DNA from: Dehalococcoidia bacterium
GTDB lineage: Bacteria > Chloroflexota > Dehalococcoidia > Lucifugimonadales > G958296245
Assembly: GCA_965262055.1 (NCBI GenBank)
Contig: CBDHEI010000002.1
Location: forward strand, 3,156,347 to 3,220,346
Length of the DNA: 64,000 nt
Direction: 5' to 3'
In this document: piece after piece, positions 33,933-43,517 of the stretch
Numbering within the stretch: position 1 is the stretch's first letter
Layout of the letters: the number at the start of each line of letters is the position of its first letter
Translations under genes and position numbers: made by a program
Notes under the pieces: generated by a model
What the model was told of the DNA's origin: nothing
Databases searched by the model: none
The model's input: only the letters and a program-made list of their open reading frames with translations

Positions 33933-34868
33933 TCAACGCTCGGCTATGGTCACGGTCTCCAGGAAGAAGTCGCCTGGGGCCTGCCACTCCTCTCCGTCCG
34001 CAGTGAGGGCGGTTACGCGGCGCGAGTAGTCGCCGGGCGGAAGCGGGCCGCCGCTGCTCTCCGAGGCAGTGTCTTCCGGCAGAGGGAAGCCGATGGTGAG
34101 GGACGGCGGGTCGATGTGGAACGTCTCGCTATAGGGCCCGGCGTCATTGCTGTCCAGGACCAACAAGACGCGGGCAATGGGCTTATTGAACCTGCATCCT
34201 GCGCCGTTGGCGCTGTCTATGGCGGTGCGAAGCCGGTCGTCGAGGGAGCTCAACACTATACTCAGGTCGCCTCCGATCAGCGTACTTGAGCACTCGGATA
34301 CCAGCTCGACCGTACCGGGGACGCTCAGTCCGAACACGTAGCCGACCGTGTTGTACCGCCGTTCGACGTAATCCGTGGTCTCGTTGTGCTGCCACTGCCC
34401 TTCGACGCGGATGTGGTAATCGCCGGGGTCCAGGTCGAGATCGAGCACGGGATACCTCGTACCAAGCTGCAAGAAGTCGACCATGATGTTCCCGTCCTTG
34501 GTGTACACCTGGGCGAACATCTTGTCCGGCCTCGTCTCGGAGTCGACCCTGATGTGAATCTGCTTGCCTGGTACGATCCCAGGGTAGGTATTGACTCCAG
34601 ACCCGGGGAGGTATTGCTCGCAGACAGGGTCGGCATCCTCTCCGAAGCGCCAGCAGTACGAGCTGGGAGAGCCCCAGACCAGCCCGCTCGAGTGCTCCAA
34701 CGCTATGACAGGCAGCGGCGGTACCGGCCAACTGTCCGGCCACACTTGTTTGGTTACCGGCGTGGCGTCGCCGCGCTCCTCCGGTTGGGCTCCGCCGTTC
34801 GTACTACACGCGGCTACCAGCACCGTCAGCGCGAGGGTTGCGAGGGAAGCCTTGAACACGCCTGTCAT
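33933..34868 (-). CDS. hypothetical lipoprotein
   Basis: The signal peptide with lipobox is MTGVFKASLATLALTVLVAACS. No family was assigned. Confidence 0.5.
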   Translation of the reverse strand: MTGVFKASLATLALTVLVAACSTNGGAQPEERGDATPVTKQVWPDSWPVPPLPVIALEHSSGLVWGSPSSYCWRFGEDADPVCEQYLPGSGVNTYPGIVPGKQIHIRVDSETRPDKMFAQVYTKDGNIMVDFLQLGTRYPVLDLDLDPGDYHIRVEGQWQHNETTDYVERRYNTVGYVFGLSVPGTVELVSECSSTLIGGDLSIVLSSLDDRLRTAIDSANGAGCRFNKPIARVLLVLDSNDAGPYSETFHIDPPSLTIGFPLPEDTASESSGGPLPPGDYSRRVTALTADGEEWQAPGDFFLETVTIAER

Positions 34869-35023
34869 GAGAGGACTCCTATAGCGTTAGGTCCATGGTC
34901 TACGGTCGTCCTGCCGCACGTGTACAGTCTCCGCCGTTACTCTCATTCTACAACTGCCGTCGAGAGCGAGCCTTGCGGCTTTGCGGGTATCACGGCCGCA
35001 AGCAACGCGTTATTGTTAGGGGC

Positions 35024-36289
35024 ATGGACCAGAGTCACGAGCAGGAACCAGCAGGCGGTGGAAGAGTCAGAGCCAAGACTCCCAAGACGTTAGAGGCCTT
35101 TGCGAGCCCGGCGTACCGCACCCTCTGGCTGGGCTCGAACTTCATTGGCCTCGGCACGTGGGCGGAGATGCTGGTCGTCGGTTGGCTGGTATTGGTGTGG
35201 ACCGACTCGGTGCTCCTCTCAGCAGCCACTTTCGGCCTCCGGAGCGCGCCCGCCATCATTGCAGCGCCAATAGGCGGCGCCGTTGCGGACAGGTTCCCGC
35301 GCAACAGGATTTTGCCGGTAACAGCGTTCATCAAGGGAGCCGCGGTCCTGCTGATGGCGTTGGTAGCCGCGAGCTGGACCTCCAGTCCGTGGCCTATCTT
35401 CGTGCTGGTGGCGGTAGGAGGGGTAGTGAACTCCTTCGAGATGCCGGCGAGGCAGGGACTGATTACCGACGTCGTGCCCCCAGAGACGCGGATGAACGCC
35501 ATATCGCTCCATTCCGTCGGGTTTAGGGCGGTCAGCGCAGGCGGGGCGTTCGCCAGCGGGCTGATAGCCGAGTTCGTGGGGATCCCTGAGGCGCTGCTGG
35601 TAGCCGGGGTCTCGATTCTCATTGGCGGGGCCATCGTGCTGTTCATACCGGGGCCGGGTAGGGCGGTTGGGAGGGCTAGAACACCCCTGGCGAGTATCTT
35701 CCGGGATGCGGCGGTTGGAATCCTGTCCATGGCGCGGATGCCTACGGTATCGACCCTGCTCTGGATGGCGATTGTCGTGGAGATATTCGGTTTCGCATAT
35801 CTGTCGGTGTTGGCCGCGTTGGCGAGAGACGAGCTGATGGTCACCGAGTCGGGGCTGGGTACATTGAGGCTTGCCATGGGAGTGGGAGCGGTTGGCGGGG
35901 CGGTGGTGCTGTCCCTGCTGGGCGATTTCAGGCGTAAGGGCCCGCTGCTGCTCGGCGCCACGATGGGTTATGGACTCGGCCTGTTTGGGCTTGCGGTCAG
36001 TCCCGGTCTATTTACGGCGATTGCTCTTGTTGCCGTTGTGGGCGCGATGTCGTCGATGTTCGACTCGATGGAGTGGACGCTTCTGCAGGTGAACGTGCCG
36101 GACGGCATGAGAGGCCGCGTCATTGGAGGTTGGGTCTTCGCGACCGGCTTTGGCTGGCTGGGCCACCTGGCCATGGGCGTGGTGGGAGAGGCTGTCGGTG
36201 TGAGGTGGGCGATAGGCGGCGCCGGGGTAGTGGTGGCTGTGACGAGCCTGATCGCGCTGGCACTGGCGCCCACATTGAGGCGTGCCTGA
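35024..36289 (+). CDS. MFS transporter
   Basis: About 12 hydrophobic helices. ADRFPRNRILP resembles an MFS loop motif. The ATG at 35024 lies within ORF 34895..36289. Confidence 0.7.
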   Translation: MDQSHEQEPAGGGRVRAKTPKTLEAFASPAYRTLWLGSNFIGLGTWAEMLVVGWLVLVWTDSVLLSAATFGLRSAPAIIAAPIGGAVADRFPRNRILPVTAFIKGAAVLLMALVAASWTSSPWPIFVLVAVGGVVNSFEMPARQGLITDVVPPETRMNAISLHSVGFRAVSAGGAFASGLIAEFVGIPEALLVAGVSILIGGAIVLFIPGPGRAVGRARTPLASIFRDAAVGILSMARMPTVSTLLWMAIVVEIFGFAYLSVLAALARDELMVTESGLGTLRLAMGVGAVGGAVVLSLLGDFRRKGPLLLGATMGYGLGLFGLAVSPGLFTAIALVAVVGAMSSMFDSMEWTLLQVNVPDGMRGRVIGGWVFATGFGWLGHLAMGVVGEAVGVRWAIGGAGVVVAVTSLIALALAPTLRRA

Positions 36290-36355
36290 GCTTGGTGCCG
36301 GGGTGGATAGGTGCTAACATTCGGCTCGCTACTCTTAACGACGGGAGATGCCACG

Positions 36356-38020
36356 ATGGACCATTCCAAGGCGATAGTTATCTCTGACCTGAGCGTCTGC
36401 CAGCCGCAGACAGCAGTGACCCCTGGGCACCTTAAGTACCACTGGCAGGCGACGCCGTACGAGGCCGAGGGCGTCTCTGGCACCCTGCTCTTCGCCGGGC
36501 CGGAGACGGAGGCGCCACCCCTGACCCTGCCCCTGGAGGTGTCCGGCTGGCACGCGATATTCGTAGGGCTGTGGAGCAACTGGACGCCGTCGCTGCTGAA
36601 GATCAAGCTGACCAGCGACCCGGCCTACGTGACGATGAACCGGGAGGAAGCTCCCAACGGCCGGGTGGACAACTTCACCACGGACGAGCGTTTCTTCAAG
36701 TACGCCGACCTGACGAGCGAGGAAATCATGCTGGCGCAGCAGGGAGGTGGCGCACCGACCCCAGCGTACATCACGTACGTAAAGCTGGTGCCCCTCTCGG
36801 ACGCCGAGGTGGCGGCCATAAAGGCCGAGAGGGCCGGTAGCGAGACCAAGCGCCTCTTCTTCATGAACGACGGGTTCAGCAACTTCGGCACGTTGAGGCC
36901 CACTACCGTCGAGGATATTTGGCAGTGGCTGGAGCCGTACCGGGACACCGACTTCAAGACGCTGCTCTGGTGTCCGGGCGCCGGCGGCGACGTGCTCAAC
37001 TACATTTCGGAGTACGGGGGCCTGATAGGGGACAGCACGACCGACTACCCGCGCGTCAGCGACAGGCAGAACGCCGAGTCGCACCAGATACTCGCAGGCA
37101 AGGGCATCGACCCGATGAAGACGGTCATCGACTACTGCCACGCGATGGGCGTGCAGGTGCACGTGAGCAATCGGATGGAGGCGTTCCAGTGCTCGCCGCC
37201 CTTCGAGGAGTTCTTCACGGGGCGGTTCTACACGGAGCATCCAGAGTGGCGCTGCGTGGACATCGACGGGCGGGAGATCGCCAGGATGAGCTACGCCTAC
37301 GAGGGCGTCCGCGACCTGATGCTCAACATGTTCAAGGAGGCGACGGACAAGTACGACGCCGACGGGGTGAACCCGATATTCAACCGGGGCGCGCCGTTCC
37401 TGCTGTACGAGCAGCCTCTGCTGGACGGGTTCGAGGCGGAGACGGGTCTCGACGCCCGGCAGCTTGCAGAAGACGACGAGCGGTACTTGCGATACAGGGC
37501 AGGGGTAATGACGGACTTCATGCGCAAGCTGCGCCGGGAGCTGGACGCCATCGGCGAAAAGAAAGGCCGGAAGCTGGAGGTCTCGGCCCACGTGCTGAGC
37601 AACGAGGAGACCAACCTGTTCTTCGGCCTGGACGTGCCCACGTGGATCGAGGAGGGGCTCATAGACAACCTCATCTCCTACCCGTGGCGCGACGTCGAGC
37701 CAGACGTGGCTTACTTCGGGAGCCTGACTAAGGGCACGCCGGTCAAGTTCTACCCGGAAGTGATGCCGCGCCGCATGTCGCCGGAGCAGTACCGGCTCCG
37801 TGGCATCGAGAACTACGCGGCCGGCTCGGACGGCATGTGCTTCTGGGACACGAACGGGCGCGACCAGATGCGCAAGGAGTGGAGCATGCTGAGGAGGCTG
37901 GGCCACAAGGACGACCTGGCAGGATGGGACGACGGCGAAGGCAAGTTCTGGCGGTCGCGGAAGATGATCAGCGTGGGCGGTTACGTGCTGGACAAGTACC
38001 CGCCGCACTGGGCTTTCTGA
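36356..38020 (+). CDS. uncharacterised ~555-aa protein, paralogue 1 of a three-gene tandem array
   Basis: It starts MDHSKAIVISDLSVC and ends GGYVLDKYPPHWAF. It is collinear with 38064..39770 and 40949..42627. Confidence 0.75.
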   Translation: MDHSKAIVISDLSVCQPQTAVTPGHLKYHWQATPYEAEGVSGTLLFAGPETEAPPLTLPLEVSGWHAIFVGLWSNWTPSLLKIKLTSDPAYVTMNREEAPNGRVDNFTTDERFFKYADLTSEEIMLAQQGGGAPTPAYITYVKLVPLSDAEVAAIKAERAGSETKRLFFMNDGFSNFGTLRPTTVEDIWQWLEPYRDTDFKTLLWCPGAGGDVLNYISEYGGLIGDSTTDYPRVSDRQNAESHQILAGKGIDPMKTVIDYCHAMGVQVHVSNRMEAFQCSPPFEEFFTGRFYTEHPEWRCVDIDGREIARMSYAYEGVRDLMLNMFKEATDKYDADGVNPIFNRGAPFLLYEQPLLDGFEAETGLDARQLAEDDERYLRYRAGVMTDFMRKLRRELDAIGEKKGRKLEVSAHVLSNEETNLFFGLDVPTWIEEGLIDNLISYPWRDVEPDVAYFGSLTKGTPVKFYPEVMPRRMSPEQYRLRGIENYAAGSDGMCFWDTNGRDQMRKEWSMLRRLGHKDDLAGWDDGEGKFWRSRKMISVGGYVLDKYPPHWAF

Positions 38021-38063
38021 CTAGGGCAAGGCGCCGGGAGAGGCAATAGAAGGAGGGGTTCCG

Positions 38064-39770
38064 ATGGACCATTCCAAGGCGGTCTACATTACCGACATGG
38101 GGGTTTGCACCCCGGCCGCGGCGCTCTCTGCCGAGCACCGCAAGTACCGGTGGCAGACGGTGCCGTACGAGGCCGAGGGAGTGTCGGGGACGATGATCTA
38201 CTCCGGGCCGGAGACGGACACGCCGCCGGTGACTCTCCAGCTGGGAGTCTCAGGGTGGTACGCGGTGTTCCTGGGGCTGTACAGCAACATCCACAGCGCG
38301 AGGCTCAAGGCGCGCCTGACCGGCGACCGCGGCTACACATGGTTCGAGCGCGAGGAGTCGGAGGCGGGCTCCACCGACCCTGTCTACTCAGGTCCGTCAG
38401 CGGGCAGGGTGGACAGCTACGCACTGGATGAGCGGTTCTGGAAGTACGCCGATCTTACCGGCCAAGACATCGTATTCGCGGCGGATGTGGCCAATTCCGG
38501 CCCGACCCCGGCATACGTCGCCTACGTGAAGCTGGTGCCCCTGTCGGACGCGGAGGTCGCGGCCGTACAGGCGGGCCGCGCGCCGGACGCGGAGACGAAG
38601 CGGCTGATACTGATGAACGACGCCTTCAGCGAGTACATCTCGCTGCCCCACCACGATCCGAGGCAGACGATATGGGACTGGCTGGAGCCCTACCGGGACA
38701 CCGACTTCAAGACGTTGCTCTGGTGCGCATGCCAGGGCGACGCCGCGCACTACCCGTCGAGGGTCGTCCCGATCATCGGCTCCGGCACGACCGACTTTCC
38801 CAGGGACATAGACCGGACGATCCACGAGTCGATCACGGACCTGGCGGGCAGGGGCGTAGACGCGCTGCACGAGGTCATAGAGTTCTGCCACGAGGCAGGG
38901 ATACAGGTCCACGTCAGCAACCGGATGGAGTCGTTCCAGTGCTCGCCGCCCTTCGAGGAGTTCTTCACGGGGCCGCTCTACCTGGAGCACCCGGAGTGGC
39001 GGTGCTCCGACATAGACGGGCGCGAGATCGCCCGCATGAGCTACGTCTACGAGGGCGTGCGCGAGCTTGTCATGGACATATTCAGGGAGTACGCGAACGA
39101 CTACGACATTGACGGCATTAACCCGATCTTCAACCGGGGCGCGCCCTTCCTGCTCTACGAGCAGCCGTTGCTGGACGGCTTCAGGGCGGAGACGGGACTC
39201 GACGCCCGCGAACTGGACGAGCACGACGAGCGGTACCTGCGCTACCGGGCTGGGGTGATGACGGAGTTCATGCGCGGCCTGCGCAGGGAGATGGACGAGA
39301 TAGGGGAGAGGCGCGGCAGGAAGATCGAGATCTCGGCGCACGTGCTGAACGATGAGGAGACGAACCTGTATTACGCCCTGGACCTGGCAGCGTGGGTGAA
39401 GGAGGGGTTGGTCGACAACCTCATATCGTACCCCTGGCAGAACTTGGAGATTGACGTGCCCTACTTTGTGGGGCTCACGAGGGGTACGGGCGTGAGCTAC
39501 TACAACGAGGTGATGCCCCGGCGGATGCCGCCGGAGGAGTACCGGCAGCGTGCCATGGCGGACTATGCGGCGGGGGTGGACGGGCTGTGCTTCTGGGATA
39601 CGAACGGACGGGACCGCTTCAAGAAGGAGTACAGCATGATCAGGCGCCTCGGCCACAGGGACGAGCTCGCCGGATGGGACGACGGCGACAGCGAGTTTTT
39701 CACTACGAGGCGGATGCTCAGCGTGGGCGGCTACGTCATGGACAAGTACCCACCGCACTGGGCCTACTGA
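38064..39770 (+). CDS. uncharacterised ~568-aa protein, paralogue 2
   Basis: It starts MDHSKAVYITDMGVC and ends GGYVMDKYPPHWAY. Blocks shared with paralogue 1 include LEPYRDTDFKTLLWC, HPEWRC.DIDGREIARMSY.YEGVR, FNRGAPFLLYEQPLLDGF and CFWDTNGRD. Confidence 0.75.
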   Translation: MDHSKAVYITDMGVCTPAAALSAEHRKYRWQTVPYEAEGVSGTMIYSGPETDTPPVTLQLGVSGWYAVFLGLYSNIHSARLKARLTGDRGYTWFEREESEAGSTDPVYSGPSAGRVDSYALDERFWKYADLTGQDIVFAADVANSGPTPAYVAYVKLVPLSDAEVAAVQAGRAPDAETKRLILMNDAFSEYISLPHHDPRQTIWDWLEPYRDTDFKTLLWCACQGDAAHYPSRVVPIIGSGTTDFPRDIDRTIHESITDLAGRGVDALHEVIEFCHEAGIQVHVSNRMESFQCSPPFEEFFTGPLYLEHPEWRCSDIDGREIARMSYVYEGVRELVMDIFREYANDYDIDGINPIFNRGAPFLLYEQPLLDGFRAETGLDARELDEHDERYLRYRAGVMTEFMRGLRREMDEIGERRGRKIEISAHVLNDEETNLYYALDLAAWVKEGLVDNLISYPWQNLEIDVPYFVGLTRGTGVSYYNEVMPRRMPPEEYRQRAMADYAAGVDGLCFWDTNGRDRFKKEYSMIRRLGHRDELAGWDDGDSEFFTTRRMLSVGGYVMDKYPPHWAY

Positions 39771-39807
39771 TCCCCGGCGAGAGATAGGGAGTCTACGGAG
39801 GAGCCCG

Positions 39808-40563
39808 ATGTATACGACCGACATGTATGAGGGGATGATTGCGGAGACGATCACGGTGCGAGGGCACGGCGGGGACGTTGTGAACGCCTACCTGGCGCGG
39901 CCCCTGGGACCGGGGCCGCATCCCGGCATGGTGCTCGCTCACCATATGCCCGGGTGGGACGAGTGGTACCGGGAGACGGCCCGGAAGTTCGCACACCACG
40001 GCTACGCGACGATCTCGCCCGACCTGTACCACCGTGCCGGGCATGGCACGCCCGACGACGTGGCCGCCAAGGTGCGCTCGGAGGGCGGAGCGCCGGACGA
40101 CCAGGTGGTGGGCGACCTTGCCGCGTCGATGGAGTATCTGCGCTCTCTGCCGAACTCCAGCGGGAATGTCGGCGCGTTCGGGACGTGCTCTGGCGGGCGC
40201 CACGTGCTGCTGACGGCCTCACGCGTGCAGGGGTTCGACGCGGTGGTCGACTGCTGGGGCGGGCGCGTAGTCATGGCAGAGTCCGAGCTGACGCCGCAGA
40301 CTCCGGCCGCGCCCATCGACTACACGGCAGACCTCTCCTGTCCGGTCCTCGGCCTCTTCGGAGAGGACGACAGCAGTCCCTCGCCGGAGCAGGTCGCCCT
40401 ACACGAAGAGGCACTGAAACGGCATGGCAAAGAGTACGAGTTCCACATGTACGCCGGAGCGGGGCACGGATTCTTCTACTACGACCGCTCCGTCTATCGC
40501 CAGGAGCAGGCAGTGGACGGCTGGCGGAAGGTATTCGCCTTCCTGGCGAACCATCTCGCGTAG
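39808..40563 (+). CDS. dienelactone hydrolase family protein
   Basis: ITVRGHGGDVVNAYLARPLGPGPHPGMVLAHHMPGWDEW...GTCSGG...AGHGFF. Confidence 0.75.
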   Translation: MYTTDMYEGMIAETITVRGHGGDVVNAYLARPLGPGPHPGMVLAHHMPGWDEWYRETARKFAHHGYATISPDLYHRAGHGTPDDVAAKVRSEGGAPDDQVVGDLAASMEYLRSLPNSSGNVGAFGTCSGGRHVLLTASRVQGFDAVVDCWGGRVVMAESELTPQTPAAPIDYTADLSCPVLGLFGEDDSSPSPEQVALHEEALKRHGKEYEFHMYAGAGHGFFYYDRSVYRQEQAVDGWRKVFAFLANHLA

Positions 40564-40597
40564 GGGCGTCCCCCACGCTGAACTGAGGAGTAAGGCG

Positions 40598-40876
40598 ATG
40601 TGCACCATGATCACCGAACAGGGCGCCATAGCCGGCAGCGGCAAGGGCACTCCAGGCTGGATCGAGGTCGACCGGGTCAACGTGTCGTACGACCACCCGG
40701 CCCACATGACGATAGAGCACACCCTGAACATCGATTTCGTGAACGCTTCCGGGGGGCTAAGCGACCGCGTGGCCGTCGAGCTGACGCGCCAGTCAGCCCG
40801 CCAGCTCGTAGACCTGATCGGCGCCGCCCTGGAGCGGGGCGCAGAGGTGGACGGCCCGGAGCCGGTCCCGGCATAG
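40598..40876 (+). CDS. small hypothetical protein (92 aa)
   Basis: The ATG at 40598 is preceded by gaggag. The product is MCTMITEQGAIAGSGKGTPGWIEVDRVNVSYDHPAHMTIEHTLNIDFVN. The family is not known to me. Confidence 0.5.
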   Translation: MCTMITEQGAIAGSGKGTPGWIEVDRVNVSYDHPAHMTIEHTLNIDFVNASGGLSDRVAVELTRQSARQLVDLIGAALERGAEVDGPEPVPA

Positions 40877-40948
40877 CCGCTGCCACAGAAGTGTACAAAT
40901 CGAGCTTGGCACAACGTATCGGGAAGCAGGAGTAGCGGGAGGCAGGAG

Positions 40949-42627
40949 ATGGACCATTCCATGGCCGTCTACGTAACCGATCTGAGCGTGTGCACGCCGG
41001 CGGCGGCCTTGTCCGCGGGGCGGCGGAAGTACCACTGGCAGACTATCCCGTACGAGACGGAGGAGTTCTCGGGGGTGATGCTGTCCACCGGACCGGAGAC
41101 GGAGGCCCCGGAGGTCACGCTGCCGTTGGGCGTGACCGGATGGCATGCGGTCTTCATCGGACTGTGGGGGACGGAAAGCCAAGACGTGTGGGGCGATGGC
41201 ACGAACCAGGACACGGTCAAGGTGCGCCTCAGCGACAACCCCTGCTTCACGCGCATAGTGCGCGAGGACCTGGACTACTTCACCTTCGACGAGCGCTTCT
41301 GGATCTACGCGGACCTGACGGGCAGGGACATCGTCTTCGGGCAGCAGATGAGCGGCTGGCCGGCGCGCGCATATCCCGCCTACGTGAAGGTCGTGCCTCT
41401 GTCGGACGCCGAGGTAGAGACCATCCAGAGCGAACGGCAGCGCGAGAATACGAAAACGCTGATCGGCATCGCCTGTGAAGGGGACGACTACCTGGGAAAC
41501 CTGCGGCCAACGACCCGCGAGGAGATATGGGAGTTGGTCGAGCCGTACCGGGATACGGACTTCAGGCAGCTCTTCTGGTGCGTCGGCAGCGGCGGCGACA
41601 TTTGCACATACCCGACGCGTATCGGCGCGTTGCAAAACGTAGAGAGGGAGGACCGGTCGCGGCCCTTCGACCGCGTAAAGGGCGAGGCGCTGAGCATCCT
41701 GCTGGGGGGAAGGGCATCGACCCGCTGGAGGAGGCCGTCAGCCATGCGCACAAGCTGGGGCTGGAGATGAATGCCCAGCTACGCATGGGGGCCTTCCAGG
41801 CGGCGCCGCCTCTTGAGGGGACGTACACCGGCCCTGTGTGGGGCCGTCACCCCGAGTGGCACTGCATCGACATAGACGGCCGCGAGATCGCCCGCATGAG
41901 CTACGCCTTCGAGGGCATGCAGGACTACGTGCTGTCGTTGCTGCTGGAGCTGGCGGGATACGACGTGGACGGCGTATGCATGACCTGGGTCAGGGGCGCG
42001 CCCTACGTGCTGTACGAGAAGCCCTTGGTGGAGGGCTTCAAGGCGAAGACGGGGAAGGACCCGCGCGACCTGCCGGAGGACAATGAGGAGTACTTGCGCT
42101 ATCGGGCTGGATTCATGACGGCTTTCGCTCGAAAGGTGCGCCGCGCCATGGACGAGAGGGGACGGCAGCGCGGGCGCAAGGTCGAGCTGCTCACGCACGT
42201 GCTCAACGACGAGGACGCCAACCTGTTCTACGGGTTCGACGTAGAGACGTGGGTGCGCGAGGGGCTCATCGACACACTGATCCCTTACCCCTGGCGGGAG
42301 AAAGACATCGACGTGGCGTACTTTGCAGGGATCACCGGCGGCACTTCGGTGTCGCTACGCCCGGAGATCATGCCTCGAAGCATGCCGCCGGAGCAGTTCA
42401 GGCGGCACGCCCTGGACTTTTATGACAAGGGCGCCGAGGGATTCTGCTTTTGGGACACGGAGGGGCGGCACCTGCGCAGGGCGGAGTGGAGCATGATGCA
42501 GAGGCTGGGCCACAAGGATGATCTGGCCGGCTGGGACGACGGAGAAGGGGAGTTTTTCCGTTCAATTAAGCTTCGCAGCCTGGGCGGATACGTGATGGAC
42601 AAGTACCCGCCGCTGTGGGCCTATTGA
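40949..42627 (+). pseudogene. paralogue 3 of the ~560-aa family, frameshifted in a G6 run (41704-41709)
   Basis: Frame A (40949..) reads ...GEALSILLGG. Frame B continues KGIDPLEEAVSHAHKLG...GGYVMDKYPPLWAY. Joined, these align with ...HQILAGKGIDPMKTVIDYCHAMG of paralogue 1. Confidence 0.7.
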
Positions 42628-42654
42628 CCGCCATGCCACGATGGCCCAGGGCGG

Positions 42655-43044
42655 GTGGCGTTCATGGGGTATAATTCGAGCATGGCTGTTGGAGAAACGC
42701 TAGACCCCGCCGACTGCGCGCAGACTATCGTAGACGTCGCTTCCGACAGGTTGGCGTCTGACATAGTCATGCTCGACCTGCGGGGAGTGAGCGACTTCAC
42801 CGACTACTTCGTCATAATGTCGGCCGGGTCGGCCCGTCAGATAGATGGTCTGGTCGAATACCTCGAAGCCGACGTCAAGCAGAAGGGCGGCAGTCTGCAC
42901 CACCGCGAGGGGCCTGCCGAGGCCGGGTGGGTGCTGCTTGACTTTGGCGACGTAATCGTCCACATCATGCGCCCCGAGGAGCGGGAGTTCTACGACATCG
43001 AGGGGGCGTGGTCCGCCGGCAAGGAGACCGTCAGGATTCAGTGA
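42655..43044 (+). CDS. rsfS: ribosome silencing factor RsfS (iojap family)
   Basis: [36 protein letters not shown]...[15 protein letters not shown]. The start is either the GTG at 42655 or, more likely, the ATG at 42682. Confidence 0.8.
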   Translation: MAFMGYNSSMAVGETLDPADCAQTIVDVASDRLASDIVMLDLRGVSDFTDYFVIMSAGSARQIDGLVEYLEADVKQKGGSLHHREGPAEAGWVLLDFGDVIVHIMRPEEREFYDIEGAWSAGKETVRIQ

Positions 43045-43483
43045 TCCAGCGGTCTATGTCCCGCTCGTAGCCGAGCACCTCGCCAGGGGTGAAGAAAACC
43101 CCAATCTCCCTCTCCGCCGACTCGTCGGAGTCGGAGCCGTGGACCAGGTTCTGGCCGATGGTCAGGGCGTAGTCGCCCCGTATCGTGCCTGGAGGCGAGT
43201 CCTCCGGGCTGGTCTCCCCCATGAGGGAGCGCACGGCTTGGACGGCGCCGGGGCCCTCGACAACCAGGGCTACCAGCGGGCTCGACGTGATGAACTCTAT
43301 GAGTCCGGGGAAGAACGGCTTGTCGACGTGGGCCTCGTAGTGACGTGTCCCCAGGCTCTCGTCGGCCTGCAGCATCTTCATGGCCGTCAGCTTGAGGCCG
43401 CGGCGCTCCAATCGCGATATTAGCTCTCCGACCAGCCCGCGCTGTACGGCGTCGGGCTTTAGTAGTATCAGGCTTCTGTCCAA
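43031..43483 (-). CDS. ndk: nucleoside diphosphate kinase
   Basis: [32 protein letters not shown]...NLVHGSDS. Confidence 0.9.
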   Translation of the reverse strand: MDRSLILLKPDAVQRGLVGELISRLERRGLKLTAMKMLQADESLGTRHYEAHVDKPFFPGLIEFITSSPLVALVVEGPGAVQAVRSLMGETSPEDSPPGTIRGDYALTIGQNLVHGSDSDESAEREIGVFFTPGEVLGYERDIDRWITES

Positions 43484-43517
43484 TTCGTTCCTGCCCTCTT
43501 CGTTGATGGTCTGGTCC

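Noticed and set aside
36335-39854. Long minus-strand ORFs (36335..38008 and 38397..39854) covering paralogues 1 and 2
   Set aside because: They are antisense shadows of well-supported plus-strand genes and are R/H/P/V-rich with no motifs. The same applies to 275..1036, 1125..2006, 2127..3086, 10789..11775, 11676..12878, 13370..14470, 20782..21906, 21207..22136, 46671..47672, 50882..52072 and similar ORFs.
43031-43044. 14-nt convergent overlap of rsfS and ndk (and the 4-nt overlap of 16291..16689 with the GYD gene) as a possible regulatory feature
   Set aside because: Short convergent overlaps are common in compact genomes. No associated structure or motif was seen.
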